Assembly: GCA_016180435.1 (NCBI GenBank)
Contig: JACPBG010000004.1
Span: 59,660-123,659, forward strand
Direction: 5' to 3'
From: Candidatus Sungiibacteriota bacterium
GTDB lineage: Bacteria > Patescibacteriota > Minisyncoccia > Sungbacterales > HO2-52-23
Length of the DNA stretch: 64,000 bases
Part shown: positions 1 to 9,718 of the stretch, one piece after another
Layout of the letters: each line of letters begins with the position of its first letter
Numbering within the stretch: the first letter of the stretch is position 1
Program-made: the position numbers and the translations under genes
Notes under the pieces: generated by a model
Seen by the model: the letters and a program-made list of their open reading frames with translations, nothing else
Database searches by the model: none
What the model was told of the DNA's origin: nothing

Positions 1-1
1 C

Positions 2-3000
2 GGTTTTTTCAATCCAGACAAGTTGCCTGCGGCCAAAGAACTAAGAACTAAGAACTTAGAACTTAGAAAACCAAAAAGGGAACTAAGTTCTAAATCACTA
101 AGATCTAAGTTCTATGATGCAAAATCATTTTGCATCGTTGTCCCTCCTCCCAACGTTACCGGTTCTCTGCATATGGGACACGCTCTGAATGCCGTTATTC
201 AGGACATCTTGATACGCAAAAAACGAATGGAAGGATTTAGAACTTTATGGCTTCCCGGTACGGATCATGCCGGAATTGCTACGCAAAATGTGGTGGAAAA
301 AGAACTTCGCAAACAAAATATTTCGCGCCACGAATTGGGCAGGGAAAAATTTTTGGCGAGTGTGTGGGAATGGAAAGAAAAATACGGGAATATAATTCTG
401 GACCAATTTAAAAAACTGGGTTCTTCTATGGATTGGTCGCGCGTGCGTTTTACCATGGATGAGGGGTATAAAAAAGCGGTGGAGGAGGCATTTATTCACT
501 ATTATAAAAAAGGATGGATTTACCGCGGAGAGCGCACGGTGAATTGGTGTTCGCGTTGCGCGACTTCCCTTTCGGACCTTGAAATTGAGTATCGGGAAGA
601 GAAAGGCAAATTTTACTATATTAAATACGGCCCCATGGTTTTAGGAACCGCACGGCCGGAAACAAAATTAGGGGATACTGCGCTGGCGGTAAATCCGGTA
701 GACAAACGGTATAAAAAATACATCGGGAAGGAAATTATTATTCGATCGGTGGATTCGTCGGTGGTTCGTGAAGAACAGCCCCGGCTCAAAGATATAAAAA
801 TAAAGGTGGTTGCGGATGAGGCGGCTGATCCGAAATTTGGAACAGGCGTGATTAAAGTAACGCCGGCCCATGATGCGGCTGATTTTGGAATTTATCAGCG
901 GCATCCCGAGATTCTGATTATAAAAGTAATTGGCGAAAACGGACGCATGACTAAAGAGGCGGGTGCGCGTTATGAGGGGCTGAAGGTTTCCGAGGCCCGG
1001 AAACAAATTATTGAAGACCTGGAAAAATTAGGACTCATGGATCATATCGAGGATTACACGCATAACGTCTCGTTATGTTATCGCTGCGGGACAGTGATTG
1101 AGCCGCTTCTTTCCAAACAGTGGTTCTTAAAAATGGATGAATTGGCTAAAATGGCAATTAAAGCCGCCCGCCCCGTTAGAGCCGGCTCTAATGGGGTTAA
1201 ATCCGGAAAAATTAAGTTTCATCCCAAGCGTTGGGAGAAGATTTATTTTGATTGGCTCGGCAATATCAAAGATTGGTGCATATCAAGACAGATTTGGTGG
1301 GGACACCGTCTGCCTGTCTGGTATTGTATGGGCTCGCATATCCAAACCGAAAAAAAAATGGGATTTGCCGGAGATATTGTCCCACAGGTTTTTATCAACA
1401 AAACACGGACTTACCGGTTACGCGATCACGGATTTAAAATTGGTGACCGTGTTGCATTTGAAAACAGCGCTACCGGAGAGATCTTTGGATACGCCGTAAT
1501 TACTGAAATTAAAAAAACAACCGCGGGTGAAATCGATTTAAAAGACCCGAAACATTACAAAATATATAACACCTGCGAGGAACTTATTACAGCATTCAAG
1601 CACCATCCGCAAAAAATAAATAAAGGAACAATCAGTGAAAATACTCTCGTGTGGATTTATACATATCGGTTTGAACCGGCTGATAAATCTGGATCATGCA
1701 TTCGGTTAAATCCCGTTGTAAAGGGCAACTGGTTTTTTGTGAGGCATGGAGAAACGGATTTTAATAAAGAACGTCGTATTCAGGGACAAACCGCTGGAGG
1801 CCCTCTTAATGAATTAGGAAAAAAACAAGCATATGAAACCGCTCAGCGGTTGAAGCCATATAAAATTGATTTAATTATTAGTTCGGATTTGGCGCGAGCT
1901 AAAGATACCGCCGAAATAATTGCCAAAGAGCTTAACGCCGAGATCATTTTTGATGCGGCATTGCGCGAAAGAAATTATGGCATTGCGGAAGGTACGACCC
2001 CTGAAGAGCGAAAACAGCACTACCCCGAATTAGAAGACCGTCTCAAGGAATATACCTTTGTGCCAGACGGCGGAGAAAATTTACCAACCATGGAGAAACG
2101 GATATACCGGGCGCTGGCGCAGCATAAAAAAAATCACCTCCATAAAAATATAGTCATCATATCACACGGCGCCACACTTAAAGGACTTTTTCGTAAGTTA
2201 AAAAATATACCGTTCAACGAGTTTTCCGAATTTACGATCCATAACGCCGGCGTTATTCATGTCTCCATTTCCGATCCATGTGAGAAATGCGGGAGCGATT
2301 TGGCGGAGCAAGACACTAATGTTCTGGATACATGGTTTTCATCCGCGCTTTGGCCTCTGGCAACACTTGGTTGGCCGGATAAAACGGGAGATCTTAAAAA
2401 TTTCTATCCCACCTCGGTATTATCCACGGCGCGTGATATAATCAATTTATGGGTGGCGCGCATGGTATTTTCCGGGCTGGAATTTATGGGAAAGCCGCCG
2501 TTTAAGGATATAATCATCCACGCCACCATTCTCACTAAAGATGGCAAACGGATGTCAAAATCCCTCGGAACCGGCATTGACCCCATGATTTTGATTGAAA
2601 AATACGGGGCAGATGCCGCGCGTTTCGGACTTATTTGGCAGGCCATGGGCAATCAGGATATACACTGGTCGGAGGAGCATGTGGTGGCCGGAAAAAAGTT
2701 TGCCAATAAGATTTGGAACGCCAGCAGATTCGTCCTGCTCCAAATTCCAAATTCTAAATTCCAAACTCCAAACAAATCACAAATTCCAAATTCTAAATTC
2801 CAAACATCGGCGGATAAAAAGATACTGAAACAACTGGAAAAAACAAAAAAAGATGTTTCCAAAAGCATTGATAAATATGAATTTGGACAAGCGCTACATG
2901 CGCTTTACGAATTTTATTGGCACGAGTTTTGCGATGTCTACATAGAAACAGCTAAATCACAAATCACAAATCACAAATCACAAGCAGCAACAGAAAATAT

Positions 3001-3130
3001 TTTACTTTATGTTCTCATTGAATCATTGAAACTCCTACATCCTTTTATGCCTTTTGTTACCGAAGAAATATGGAGCCATCTGCCGCTGAAAGACAAGAAG
3101 CTGTTACTCGTTGAAAACTGGCCCACATAA
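2..3130 (+). CDS. valS: Valine--tRNA ligase (5' partial) with inserted ASCH-like and histidine-phosphatase domains
   Basis: PPPNVTGSLHMGHA (HIGH), DWCISRQIWWGH, DTWFSS, KRMSKSLG (KMSKS). The frame is open to the window start (GFFNPDKLP). Confidence 0.97.
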   Translation, partial: GFFNPDKLPAAKELRTKNLELRKPKRELSSKSLRSKFYDAKSFCIVVPPPNVTGSLHMGHALNAVIQDILIRKKRMEGFRTLWLPGTDHAGIATQNVVEKELRKQNISRHELGREKFLASVWEWKEKYGNIILDQFKKLGSSMDWSRVRFTMDEGYKKAVEEAFIHYYKKGWIYRGERTVNWCSRCATSLSDLEIEYREEKGKFYYIKYGPMVLGTARPETKLGDTALAVNPVDKRYKKYIGKEIIIRSVDSSVVREEQPRLKDIKIKVVADEAADPKFGTGVIKVTPAHDAADFGIYQRHPEILIIKVIGENGRMTKEAGARYEGLKVSEARKQIIEDLEKLGLMDHIEDYTHNVSLCYRCGTVIEPLLSKQWFLKMDELAKMAIKAARPVRAGSNGVKSGKIKFHPKRWEKIYFDWLGNIKDWCISRQIWWGHRLPVWYCMGSHIQTEKKMGFAGDIVPQVFINKTRTYRLRDHGFKIGDRVAFENSATGEIFGYAVITEIKKTTAGEIDLKDPKHYKIYNTCEELITAFKHHPQKINKGTISENTLVWIYTYRFEPADKSGSCIRLNPVVKGNWFFVRHGETDFNKERRIQGQTAGGPLNELGKKQAYETAQRLKPYKIDLIISSDLARAKDTAEIIAKELNAEIIFDAALRERNYGIAEGTTPEERKQHYPELEDRLKEYTFVPDGGENLPTMEKRIYRALAQHKKNHLHKNIVIISHGATLKGLFRKLKNIPFNEFSEFTIHNAGVIHVSISDPCEKCGSDLAEQDTNVLDTWFSSALWPLATLGWPDKTGDLKNFYPTSVLSTARDIINLWVARMVFSGLEFMGKPPFKDIIIHATILTKDGKRMSKSLGTGIDPMILIEKYGADAARFGLIWQAMGNQDIHWSEEHVVAGKKFANKIWNASRFVLLQIPNSKFQTPNKSQIPNSKFQTSADKKILKQLEKTKKDVSKSIDKYEFGQALHALYEFYWHEFCDVYIETAKSQITNHKSQAATENILLYVLIESLKLLHPFMPFVTEEIWSHLPLKDKKLLLVENWPT
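38..113. repeat. In-frame heptamer array (AGAACT[T]A) followed by inverted copies (CTAAGTTCTA)
   Basis: agaactaagaactaagaacttagaacttaga...actaagttcta...ctaagatctaagttcta; encodes a low-complexity K/L/R/S peptide in ValRS. Confidence 0.75.
1171..1196. repeat. Minimal CCCCGTTAGA..TCTAA(C/T)GGGG palindromic element, in frame in valS
   Basis: ccccgttagagccggctctaatgggg encodes PVRAGSNG; same termini as copies at 20782, 29584 and 59050. Confidence 0.8.
2741..2803. repeat. In-frame heptamer array (CAAATTC/CAAATCA)
   Basis: caaattccaaattctaaattccaaactccaaacaaatcacaaattcc...; peptide QIPNSKFQTPNKSQIPNSKFQ; a related aaatcac array lies at about 2954-2983. Confidence 0.8.
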
Positions 3131-3134
3131 AAGC

Positions 3135-3209
<75 letters not shown>

Positions 3210-3257
3210 CGTTGCATAGCAACGCTGGCCGCAGTCATAGGAATAAATATCGGATAT

Positions 3258-3989
3258 GTGCTTTTAACCTTCGTGCCTCCGGTGCTCTGGCTTCTTTTTT
3301 ATTTGCGCGAAGATCGGCATCCCGAGCCCAAAACCCTGCTTCTTCTGACATTTATCGGAGGTATGGCATCGGCTCTCCTGGCCATGTTCGCCGAGATAGT
3401 GGCGCTGGGCGGTCCGGAAATGGCGTTTTCGGATTCGTCGTTTCTGCGGCAAAATATATTTATCTTTTTTTTGGTCATAGGACTTATTGAAGAATATGCT
3501 AAGTATCTTCCGGTGAAATTCTTGGTTCTGTCGCGCTGCCGCGACCATCAAAAATGCGATTTTGACGAGCCGATCGACGCCATGATTTATATGATAACCG
3601 CGGCCCTGGGTTTTGCCGCGCTTGAAAACACCCTGTTTTTGTTCCCGTTTTTTAAGGAAAACATCTATTTGGGACTTGAGGTTGCCGCCAACCGCTTTTT
3701 GGGAGCAAATCTTCTGCACGCTTTATCCTCCGGCATCGTGGGTTACTTTCTGGCACGCGCGTTTTTCTCGCCCTACAGGCATCATTTTGTGGCGCTGGGC
3801 ATAATTACCGCCGCCTTGTTGCACACTATTTTCAATTATCTTATACTGGTAAGAGAGGTACTGCCGCAAGGAACGTTTTATATAATCTTTCTTTTATCCA
3901 CTATGGCGGTTATGGTATTCGTGGATTTTGAACGACTCAAAAAGGCGCGAATAATAGACGAATCGCCCAAAACGAATATTAGCGAATAA
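3258..3989 (+). CDS. prsW: PrsW-family intramembrane metalloprotease
   Basis: GLIEEYAK, FDEPID, GFAALEN and HALSSG motifs; multiple TM helices; start codon uncertain. Confidence 0.9.
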   Translation: MLLTFVPPVLWLLFYLREDRHPEPKTLLLLTFIGGMASALLAMFAEIVALGGPEMAFSDSSFLRQNIFIFFLVIGLIEEYAKYLPVKFLVLSRCRDHQKCDFDEPIDAMIYMITAALGFAALENTLFLFPFFKENIYLGLEVAANRFLGANLLHALSSGIVGYFLARAFFSPYRHHFVALGIITAALLHTIFNYLILVREVLPQGTFYIIFLLSTMAVMVFVDFERLKKARIIDESPKTNISE

Positions 3990-4040
3990 CGATATATTTT
4001 GCGCCAAAGGCGGATACATTAAGAAAACTCGCTAGTGAGT

Positions 4041-4195
4041 GTATGGGCGATTGAGTCCGTTTTATTTCAGACAATGGGAGGACAAAATTGCTTGGTTTTG
4101 CGCGAATGCGCGCAAAAATTTTGTCCGACCCTTAGTGAGTCCCGCGCTGGACGGGACGAATCGTGTCTGAAATAAAATGGTGAAAATCGCCATAC
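4041..4195. repeat. Nested inverted-repeat element upstream of hsp20
   Basis: gtatgggcgatt/aatcgccatac, ttttatttcagaca/tgtctgaaataaaa and ggacaaaat/attttgtcc pairs. Confidence 0.65.
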
Positions 4196-4205
4196 CGAGT
4201 CAACA

Positions 4206-4787
4206 ATGAATACTTTTTTCGAAAAACTTACCAATTCCAAGCCGCAACCCGTTGCGGCCGATATTGGCGCGGAAGAACGCGATGATGAGGCCGCGGTTGT
4301 TGAAAAAGAAGTTACGCCTTCGCAGCCGTCTCCCAAACGCGCGCCCATGCGTAAAATCGCAGCCCCGGTCCAGCTAAAACCCAAACCAACTCAATTAAAA
4401 GTAGAAAGCGAGGAAGCGGAATCAACGGCAGGGGAGAAAGAAAAAGAACTTGAAGAAGAAGGAGAGTTGACTGTAGATATATATGACAATGGTAATGCTA
4501 TTGTAATTCAATCAACCGTAGCCGGAGTAAAGCCGGAGAATTTGGATGTTTCCATAACAACAGATACCGTGACTATTCGCGGGCGAAGGGAAAAATCCGA
4601 AGAGATTAAAGAAGAACATTATTACTACAAGGAACTTTTTTGGGGTTCTTTTTCCCGCTCGGTCATTTTGCCCGAAGAAATTGATGATACTGCCGCAGAG
4701 GCCGCTTTGAAACACGGCCTTCTCACTATCACGCTTCCGAAGAAAAGAAAAGGAGTGGCGCAGAAACTTAAGGTAAAGGTAACCTAA
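4206..4787 (+). CDS. Hsp20/alpha-crystallin small heat shock protein
   Basis: VDIYD...AGVKPENLDV...WGSFSRSVILP...GLLTITLPK. Confidence 0.92.
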   Translation: MNTFFEKLTNSKPQPVAADIGAEERDDEAAVVEKEVTPSQPSPKRAPMRKIAAPVQLKPKPTQLKVESEEAESTAGEKEKELEEEGELTVDIYDNGNAIVIQSTVAGVKPENLDVSITTDTVTIRGRREKSEEIKEEHYYYKELFWGSFSRSVILPEEIDDTAAEAALKHGLLTITLPKKRKGVAQKLKVKVT

Positions 4788-4810
4788 AAATCGCCATCCG
4801 GCGATTTTTT
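4786..4810. terminator. Bidirectional rho-independent terminator
   Basis: aaaaatcgcc-atcc-ggcgatttttt directly after the hsp20 stop codon. Confidence 0.7.
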
Positions 4811-4958
4811 AGTAAATAAGGGTTGGTGTTTATATGATACTGTTCGGACTCATTTTGAGCAAAATCCCGACTGATTTACCCCTTGCTCGCACTCGGACGG
4901 CTCGGCATTCCTCCCCCCAACCCCCTCCTGCCGAGCCGTCCTCACGGTTGTGGCAGTG
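4786..4958. repeat. Left arm of a long inverted repeat bounding the tRNA-Ala island
   Basis: Reverse complement of 9507-9704 apart from a 25-bp indel. Confidence 0.93.
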
Positions 4959-4962
4959 GCAT

Positions 4963-5166
4963 TCACGATTTCAATAAACTAGCTCCAAACTCTGAATGAC
5001 ATTTTACACAAAAACCCTTTAGCGTCATTCCAATTGTGTTAATCTTACCGACACTTTCTTTGTAATAGGTGGTACCCCTTACAATATCGCCACTACATCT
5101 ATCGCAACGTCGAGAAACCCGTGCTTTTGTTTCTTTAAGAAACTTAATGCTATCGTATTTACTCAT
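4963..5166 (-). CDS. Small CxxC...CxxC zinc-finger protein
   Basis: CDRC and CVKC motifs; overlaps the methylase stop codon (translational coupling). Confidence 0.6.
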   Translation of the reverse strand: MSKYDSIKFLKETKARVSRRCDRCSGDIVRGTTYYKESVGKINTIGMTLKGFCVKCHSEFGASLLKS

Positions 5167-6014
5167 ACGGATTCAGCAAAAGCGTCCGATAGAATCATTA
5201 CCTCTCTGCCTTTGCGCGATTCATAAGCATTATAGTTGAGAGAAAAACTAACGATTTTTCTTTTTGGATATAATGACCTTATTTCTTTCTTGTTATCGTA
5301 AGTAAGTAACCAGAAAGCATCTCGATTCTCATTAAGTTTTTTTGCAAGTGCTTCGTGATTTTCTTTTTGATAGTGGTTGAGGTAAAGTGTTGCCCCCTTT
5401 TCAAAATAAGGGGGGTCGAGATATATGAAAGAGTTTTTCTTGTCTAAATATTCTTCAATCAATTCAAGGCCATCTTTGTTATATACCGAGATTTTGTCCT
5501 TATATCGGCCAAGTTGTTGGATTTTTTTCACCAAACTTTTCTTATTAAATCTTGCATCAATTTTCCATTTCCCTTTTTGGTTTAATCCACCAATAGGTCC
5601 TCCATCTAAAATCCCGGAAATATTAGTTCTATTTAGAAAAAAGGTTGCAAACCCCAGCTTAAAAAGCCATGATTTTGGATTTTCATAAATTGCCTTTTGT
5701 TTTTTCCATTCGTCAATAGTAATTGGGGTTCTGTAAATCTTCCCTACAAACTTTTCTGAATCAAAAATCGCTGACTGCCAAAACGAGTAAATCGCCCTAT
5801 CAAGATCATTAATCACAATTTTTTTGACCCTGCCAGAAAATAAGAGCGCAAGCGCTGCTCCCGCTCCGCCAGCAAACGGTTCAACGTAAGTGAGATTTTT
5901 CAGACCTTGCTCTTTAATAACTTTTTCAAAAAAGGGCACAAGAGAAGTCTTACCTCCAGGATATCGAAGGGGGCTGTGGTAATTTTTCTGATTTTTGTTC
6001 GTTAGTATTTTCAT
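5163..6014 (-). CDS. DNA adenine methyltransferase (D12/Dam class)
   Basis: SPLRYPGGK, EPFAGGAG and YLDPPY motifs. Confidence 0.93.
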   Translation of the reverse strand: MKILTNKNQKNYHSPLRYPGGKTSLVPFFEKVIKEQGLKNLTYVEPFAGGAGAALALLFSGRVKKIVINDLDRAIYSFWQSAIFDSEKFVGKIYRTPITIDEWKKQKAIYENPKSWLFKLGFATFFLNRTNISGILDGGPIGGLNQKGKWKIDARFNKKSLVKKIQQLGRYKDKISVYNKDGLELIEEYLDKKNSFIYLDPPYFEKGATLYLNHYQKENHEALAKKLNENRDAFWLLTYDNKKEIRSLYPKRKIVSFSLNYNAYESRKGREVMILSDAFAESV

Positions 6015-6035
6015 TCAATTACATTATACGGCAAT

Positions 6036-6962
6036 TTAAAGCGCCTTCCCATACCTTTGGAGGCGTTTGTAAATAGTCGGTAGTTTGGTTTTAAACCATT
6101 CGCCGTTCCATTCTTGCGCCCAAAAAGCGATGCGACTTCTATCGAAGAGTATGCCGACATCTGGGTAATAAAAATCTTGCCAGTCTGATTCATCAACCTC
6201 GTGAGGAACAAAAAAAGAAAAGATTATCCCCGGCATATCCCAAAAAGAGTAATACTGTTGAAGTTCTTTAATTTCCCGCTTCTTGCTTTTGAAATTGTTT
6301 CCAGCGGCGCATTGGCCAAGTAAAAAGAGCTTACTTTTCCTTCCATCTGGAAAAGGGCGCCAAGCCACAATATCAAGACCGGCATCTTTTTTTTGCGAGG
6401 CATTAGAATTATTTTTAATATCGCCTTCATTAACTTTTATCTTCAAGAACTCCAACGCTCTTCTGAAGGGTTTTTTATCCTGCGTCCATGAATTTCTAGG
6501 TGCGCCAAATTGCAAAGATTGAGCGTTCACCTCTTTACTCGAAAGAAAATTTTCCGCAACCAAGGAAGAAAGTTTCTCAAATAGATCAGAGGTTTTTTGT
6601 TTGTCCCAAACTTTTAGCTCTTTTGCGCCTTTTTCCAGTCCGACATATGACACAAGGAGACAAAATAAATATGCCCAATGATTCTTGTTTGGTTTTTTGT
6701 TTTTCACCTCAACGAGTTTCCCATTGAAACGGAAGGGGTAAACTTTATCCAATTTCCTCAATCGGCTCAATAGTTCGCTTGAGACATCTGTTTTAAGATT
6801 TTCAATTGTTGTTTCTCTGTCTGCATATTCTATCTTTAGCTTTGATGCTAAGTCCTCAATGCTGGACGAGTTATCCTTGTCTAACAACGCGTTTACCTCG
6901 AGCCAGTCGGCAAGCTTAATTTTATTAAGTCGTTCTTTTGGTAGATCAATAACAACAGCCAT
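6036..6962 (-). CDS. Hypothetical protein with restriction-endonuclease-like C-terminal motif
   Basis: KDAGLDIVAW...LGQCAAG resembles a PD-(D/E)xK/Mrr-like variant site. Confidence 0.6.
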   Translation of the reverse strand: MAVVIDLPKERLNKIKLADWLEVNALLDKDNSSSIEDLASKLKIEYADRETTIENLKTDVSSELLSRLRKLDKVYPFRFNGKLVEVKNKKPNKNHWAYLFCLLVSYVGLEKGAKELKVWDKQKTSDLFEKLSSLVAENFLSSKEVNAQSLQFGAPRNSWTQDKKPFRRALEFLKIKVNEGDIKNNSNASQKKDAGLDIVAWRPFPDGRKSKLFLLGQCAAGNNFKSKKREIKELQQYYSFWDMPGIIFSFFVPHEVDESDWQDFYYPDVGILFDRSRIAFWAQEWNGEWFKTKLPTIYKRLQRYGKAL

Positions 6963-6968
6963 AGCATA

Positions 6969-8072
6969 TTAATTTTTACCGTTACGCTTTGTTCTCATCT
7001 GTTCTAAAATAGTGTTGGCCAATTCAGCAATTTCCTTCATTTGTTTATAAACCTCCTCGTTTCCTTTATATCGATTTAGATAACCGGCCGTTTTTCTAAG
7101 ATTGTTGAGGGCTTTAAAAACGAAATCTTCCAATTTATAATCCTCTGTATCCGTGTAGGATAAAGCATTTTCGAGTGAAGAAAATTCCTGCGAGTTTTCT
7201 CTTAAGTAGTTTGTAGCCAACTTATGTCCCAGAACATTATCGAGGTATTTCAAATCAGGATTTTGGGATTTAATAACAGATTTTTTAGCGCCATCCTTAC
7301 TCCCAAAGAGAAATTCAAGCAATAACCTAAGATTATTAAAATACTTTCTGGGAACTGGATTTTCAGAAAATATCTCCTTTTGTTTGTTTCTTATACCGAG
7401 ATACTTTCTAGTATTGTCATAACCTAGAATTGTGTAGAGGTGGGAAAAGTAAAATCTTCTCAACTCAACTTCTTCTGCTTTGAAATATCCCTCCTTTTCT
7501 GCCTGCTCTAAAACCCGGAGACCGTTGCACATTTTGATAACGGTCAGGTGTCTGTCTCCGATTCTCTCGGCAATCTTCTCAATCGGTATTTTATATTCTT
7601 TGTGAACCCGAAGTGCATATACGGCCTTACTGTAGGAATCCCATTCTTGTGGGCCATTTATATGCCTAAAGCCCAGATAGGTCCAAAGCGTTTGACGATC
7701 CGGGTATATTGCTACCGGTATCTGTTTAGTAAGTTGTGTCTTTAACTTCTCACTAATCTTTTTTTCTGATTTTAAAAGCGTTTTTATTGCAGCTAATCTT
7801 CTATTACCTTCAATTACAACAAATTTGCCCTTGTGTTTTTTGGATTCAACAGTGAGTAAGGGCTCGGTGTTATAAAAGCCATTTTTTTCAAAGGAATCAA
7901 TCAGCTCGTCCAGATGCATTTCTTTTTGTAGCTTACTAAGAATCTCGTTGTCAGATGCATTTTTTGACAAGCCAGCAAATCGTGGATTCTCGCTATCAAG
8001 TAGCAATCTATCCAACTTAACATAGTTGATTTGGATGGGATCTTGCAGAGTTTTGGTTTTTTGTTCGTTCAT
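6969..8072 (-). CDS. ParB/Srx N-terminal domain protein
   Basis: LLDSENPRF and VIEGNRRLAA motifs; likely start MNEQK. Confidence 0.8.
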   Translation of the reverse strand: MNEQKTKTLQDPIQINYVKLDRLLLDSENPRFAGLSKNASDNEILSKLQKEMHLDELIDSFEKNGFYNTEPLLTVESKKHKGKFVVIEGNRRLAAIKTLLKSEKKISEKLKTQLTKQIPVAIYPDRQTLWTYLGFRHINGPQEWDSYSKAVYALRVHKEYKIPIEKIAERIGDRHLTVIKMCNGLRVLEQAEKEGYFKAEEVELRRFYFSHLYTILGYDNTRKYLGIRNKQKEIFSENPVPRKYFNNLRLLLEFLFGSKDGAKKSVIKSQNPDLKYLDNVLGHKLATNYLRENSQEFSSLENALSYTDTEDYKLEDFVFKALNNLRKTAGYLNRYKGNEEVYKQMKEIAELANTILEQMRTKRNGKN

Positions 8073-8076
8073 ATTT

Positions 8077-9195
8077 TTATTCTTCAGAATATTCCGAATA
8101 CTCATCAAGAATTGTATCCGTCATATGTTCCAACCTTTTCTCTTTTGCTAATTCATAAATGGAGTCATAGGGAATATATGAACAGAGCTCCGACAAAGGC
8201 CCTTTCTCCATGACCGCAAAGATTGGGCGAGAAATTTGTTTAAAAACTTCATTTCGTCTGTTGTTGGGCGCAACAATATGAATTTTAATTTCTATATTTG
8301 GCAAAAGAGAAAGTAGATCGGCCATTCTTAAAATACCGGAGTAAATCGACGTCGTTCCCTCAACTTCAAACGCTCGAATTATTGTACGCCCTTGAATCCA
8401 AAGAACGTCGATATTTTTAATCGTTCTTAATGTGATGTCATCAAAAGAAAATGGAAGCTCCTCCAATAAGACATTTTCTTTCGGCTTCCATACTTCTAAT
8501 ACTCCCACGCGATCATTTCTTGGTAACCACACCTTAAAACCTAATTTCTCTCCAATTTCCGAGAGTTTGGCCTGAACCCTGATCGATTCCCGCTCCTCGC
8601 CTACTGGTACTACTTCTTGTGCTTCTTTAGTGGGTTCTTCATCTTCCGGAACTGACACAGAAACTTCCTTTTTGCCAGCCAGACGCATTTTTGAAGATTT
8701 TAATTTCTTTTCATCATTTTCACTAAATTTATATTCAACGAGTTTTTGAGATTGTTCAATGAGTATTTTTTCCAAAAACTCGCAATCGGTTTTTGGCCAC
8801 AAACGAGGACTCGAAAAAATCACATACGTCCATTTGTTGCTATCTTTGGCGAATTCTTTTGTAAAAGAAAGATTATTCCAAATAAAGTCCTCGTGAACAG
8901 GAATCGCTTTTTCAAAAGGTAACCAAACTATAGGTTTTACATTAAAGCGCAAAATAAATGGATCATCTTCTTTTTGAAACAGAGGTGTCTTATCTATAAA
9001 ATATTTACTGGTAATTTCCAAAACACCAACGAAGCGTTGTATCCTTGTTACATAGCAAATAAACTTGTCGCCCGGGCCAATATTTTGATTTTCTACATAA
9101 GTTTTTCTGGAAATCCGAAAACCGCTTACATCCTGTTTGGATTGTTCAAATGCTCGTGCGGTTTCCGGAGAAAATAGATCAATAAAGTAACTCAT
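8077..9195 (-). CDS. EVE-domain plus PD-(D/E)xK nuclease (modification-dependent restriction-like)
   Basis: N-terminal EVE-like IGPGDKFICYVT; C-terminal IDVLW...AFEVE. Confidence 0.75.
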   Translation of the reverse strand: MSYFIDLFSPETARAFEQSKQDVSGFRISRKTYVENQNIGPGDKFICYVTRIQRFVGVLEITSKYFIDKTPLFQKEDDPFILRFNVKPIVWLPFEKAIPVHEDFIWNNLSFTKEFAKDSNKWTYVIFSSPRLWPKTDCEFLEKILIEQSQKLVEYKFSENDEKKLKSSKMRLAGKKEVSVSVPEDEEPTKEAQEVVPVGEERESIRVQAKLSEIGEKLGFKVWLPRNDRVGVLEVWKPKENVLLEELPFSFDDITLRTIKNIDVLWIQGRTIIRAFEVEGTTSIYSGILRMADLLSLLPNIEIKIHIVAPNNRRNEVFKQISRPIFAVMEKGPLSELCSYIPYDSIYELAKEKRLEHMTDTILDEYSEYSEE

Positions 9196-9197
9196 AA

Positions 9198-9407
9198 CTA
9201 TTTCATTAAATCATCAAGCGATACGCCGAGCGCGTCCGCAATTTTCTTAACCGTCTCAATGGTTGGATTAGGTGTCGTTCCGGCTTCAATCTTGGCGATA
9301 GTATGAAAAGCAAGGTTTGCCCTTTTTGAGAGGACATCTTGAGAAATACCGAGCTTGTTTCGGTATTTCTTTATATTCTCGCCAATTGTCGCTCCTTGCT
9401 TTGACAT
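9198..9407 (-). CDS. XRE-family HTH regulator (C-protein-like)
   Basis: IKKYRNKLGISQDVLS...KIEAG...PTIETVKKIADALGV. Confidence 0.9.
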   Translation of the reverse strand: MSKQGATIGENIKKYRNKLGISQDVLSKRANLAFHTIAKIEAGTTPNPTIETVKKIADALGVSLDDLMK

Positions 9408-9506
9408 AGTTCGTATAGTTATACTATACTAGTTAGTAGATACTCGTTGGTTTAACTATCACAAGTTTAGTATATGCAATTTTTAGGATTTAATCAATTG
9501 GTTGGT

Positions 9507-9704
9507 CACTGCCACAACCGTGAGGACGGCTCGGCAGGAGGGGGTTGGGGGGAGGAATGCCGAGCCGTCCGAGTGCGAGCCGACCAGCAGGGCGGCGAGC
9601 CAATCAAGGGGTAAATCAGTCGGGATTTTGCTCAAAATGAGTCCGAACAGTATCATATAAACACCAACCCTTATTTACTAAAAAATCGCCGGATGGCGAT
9701 TTTT
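9507..9704. repeat. Right arm of the long inverted repeat
   Basis: Reverse complement of 4786-4958 plus 25 extra bp; overlaps a 27-bp-stem palindrome at 9664-9721. Confidence 0.93.
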
Positions 9705-9718
9705 TAGTAAATAAGGGT

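Noticed and set aside
1330-2275. Intein in ValRS
   Set aside because: No terminal HN-C/S/T splice motif; the insert consists of recognisable ASCH-like and phosphatase domains.
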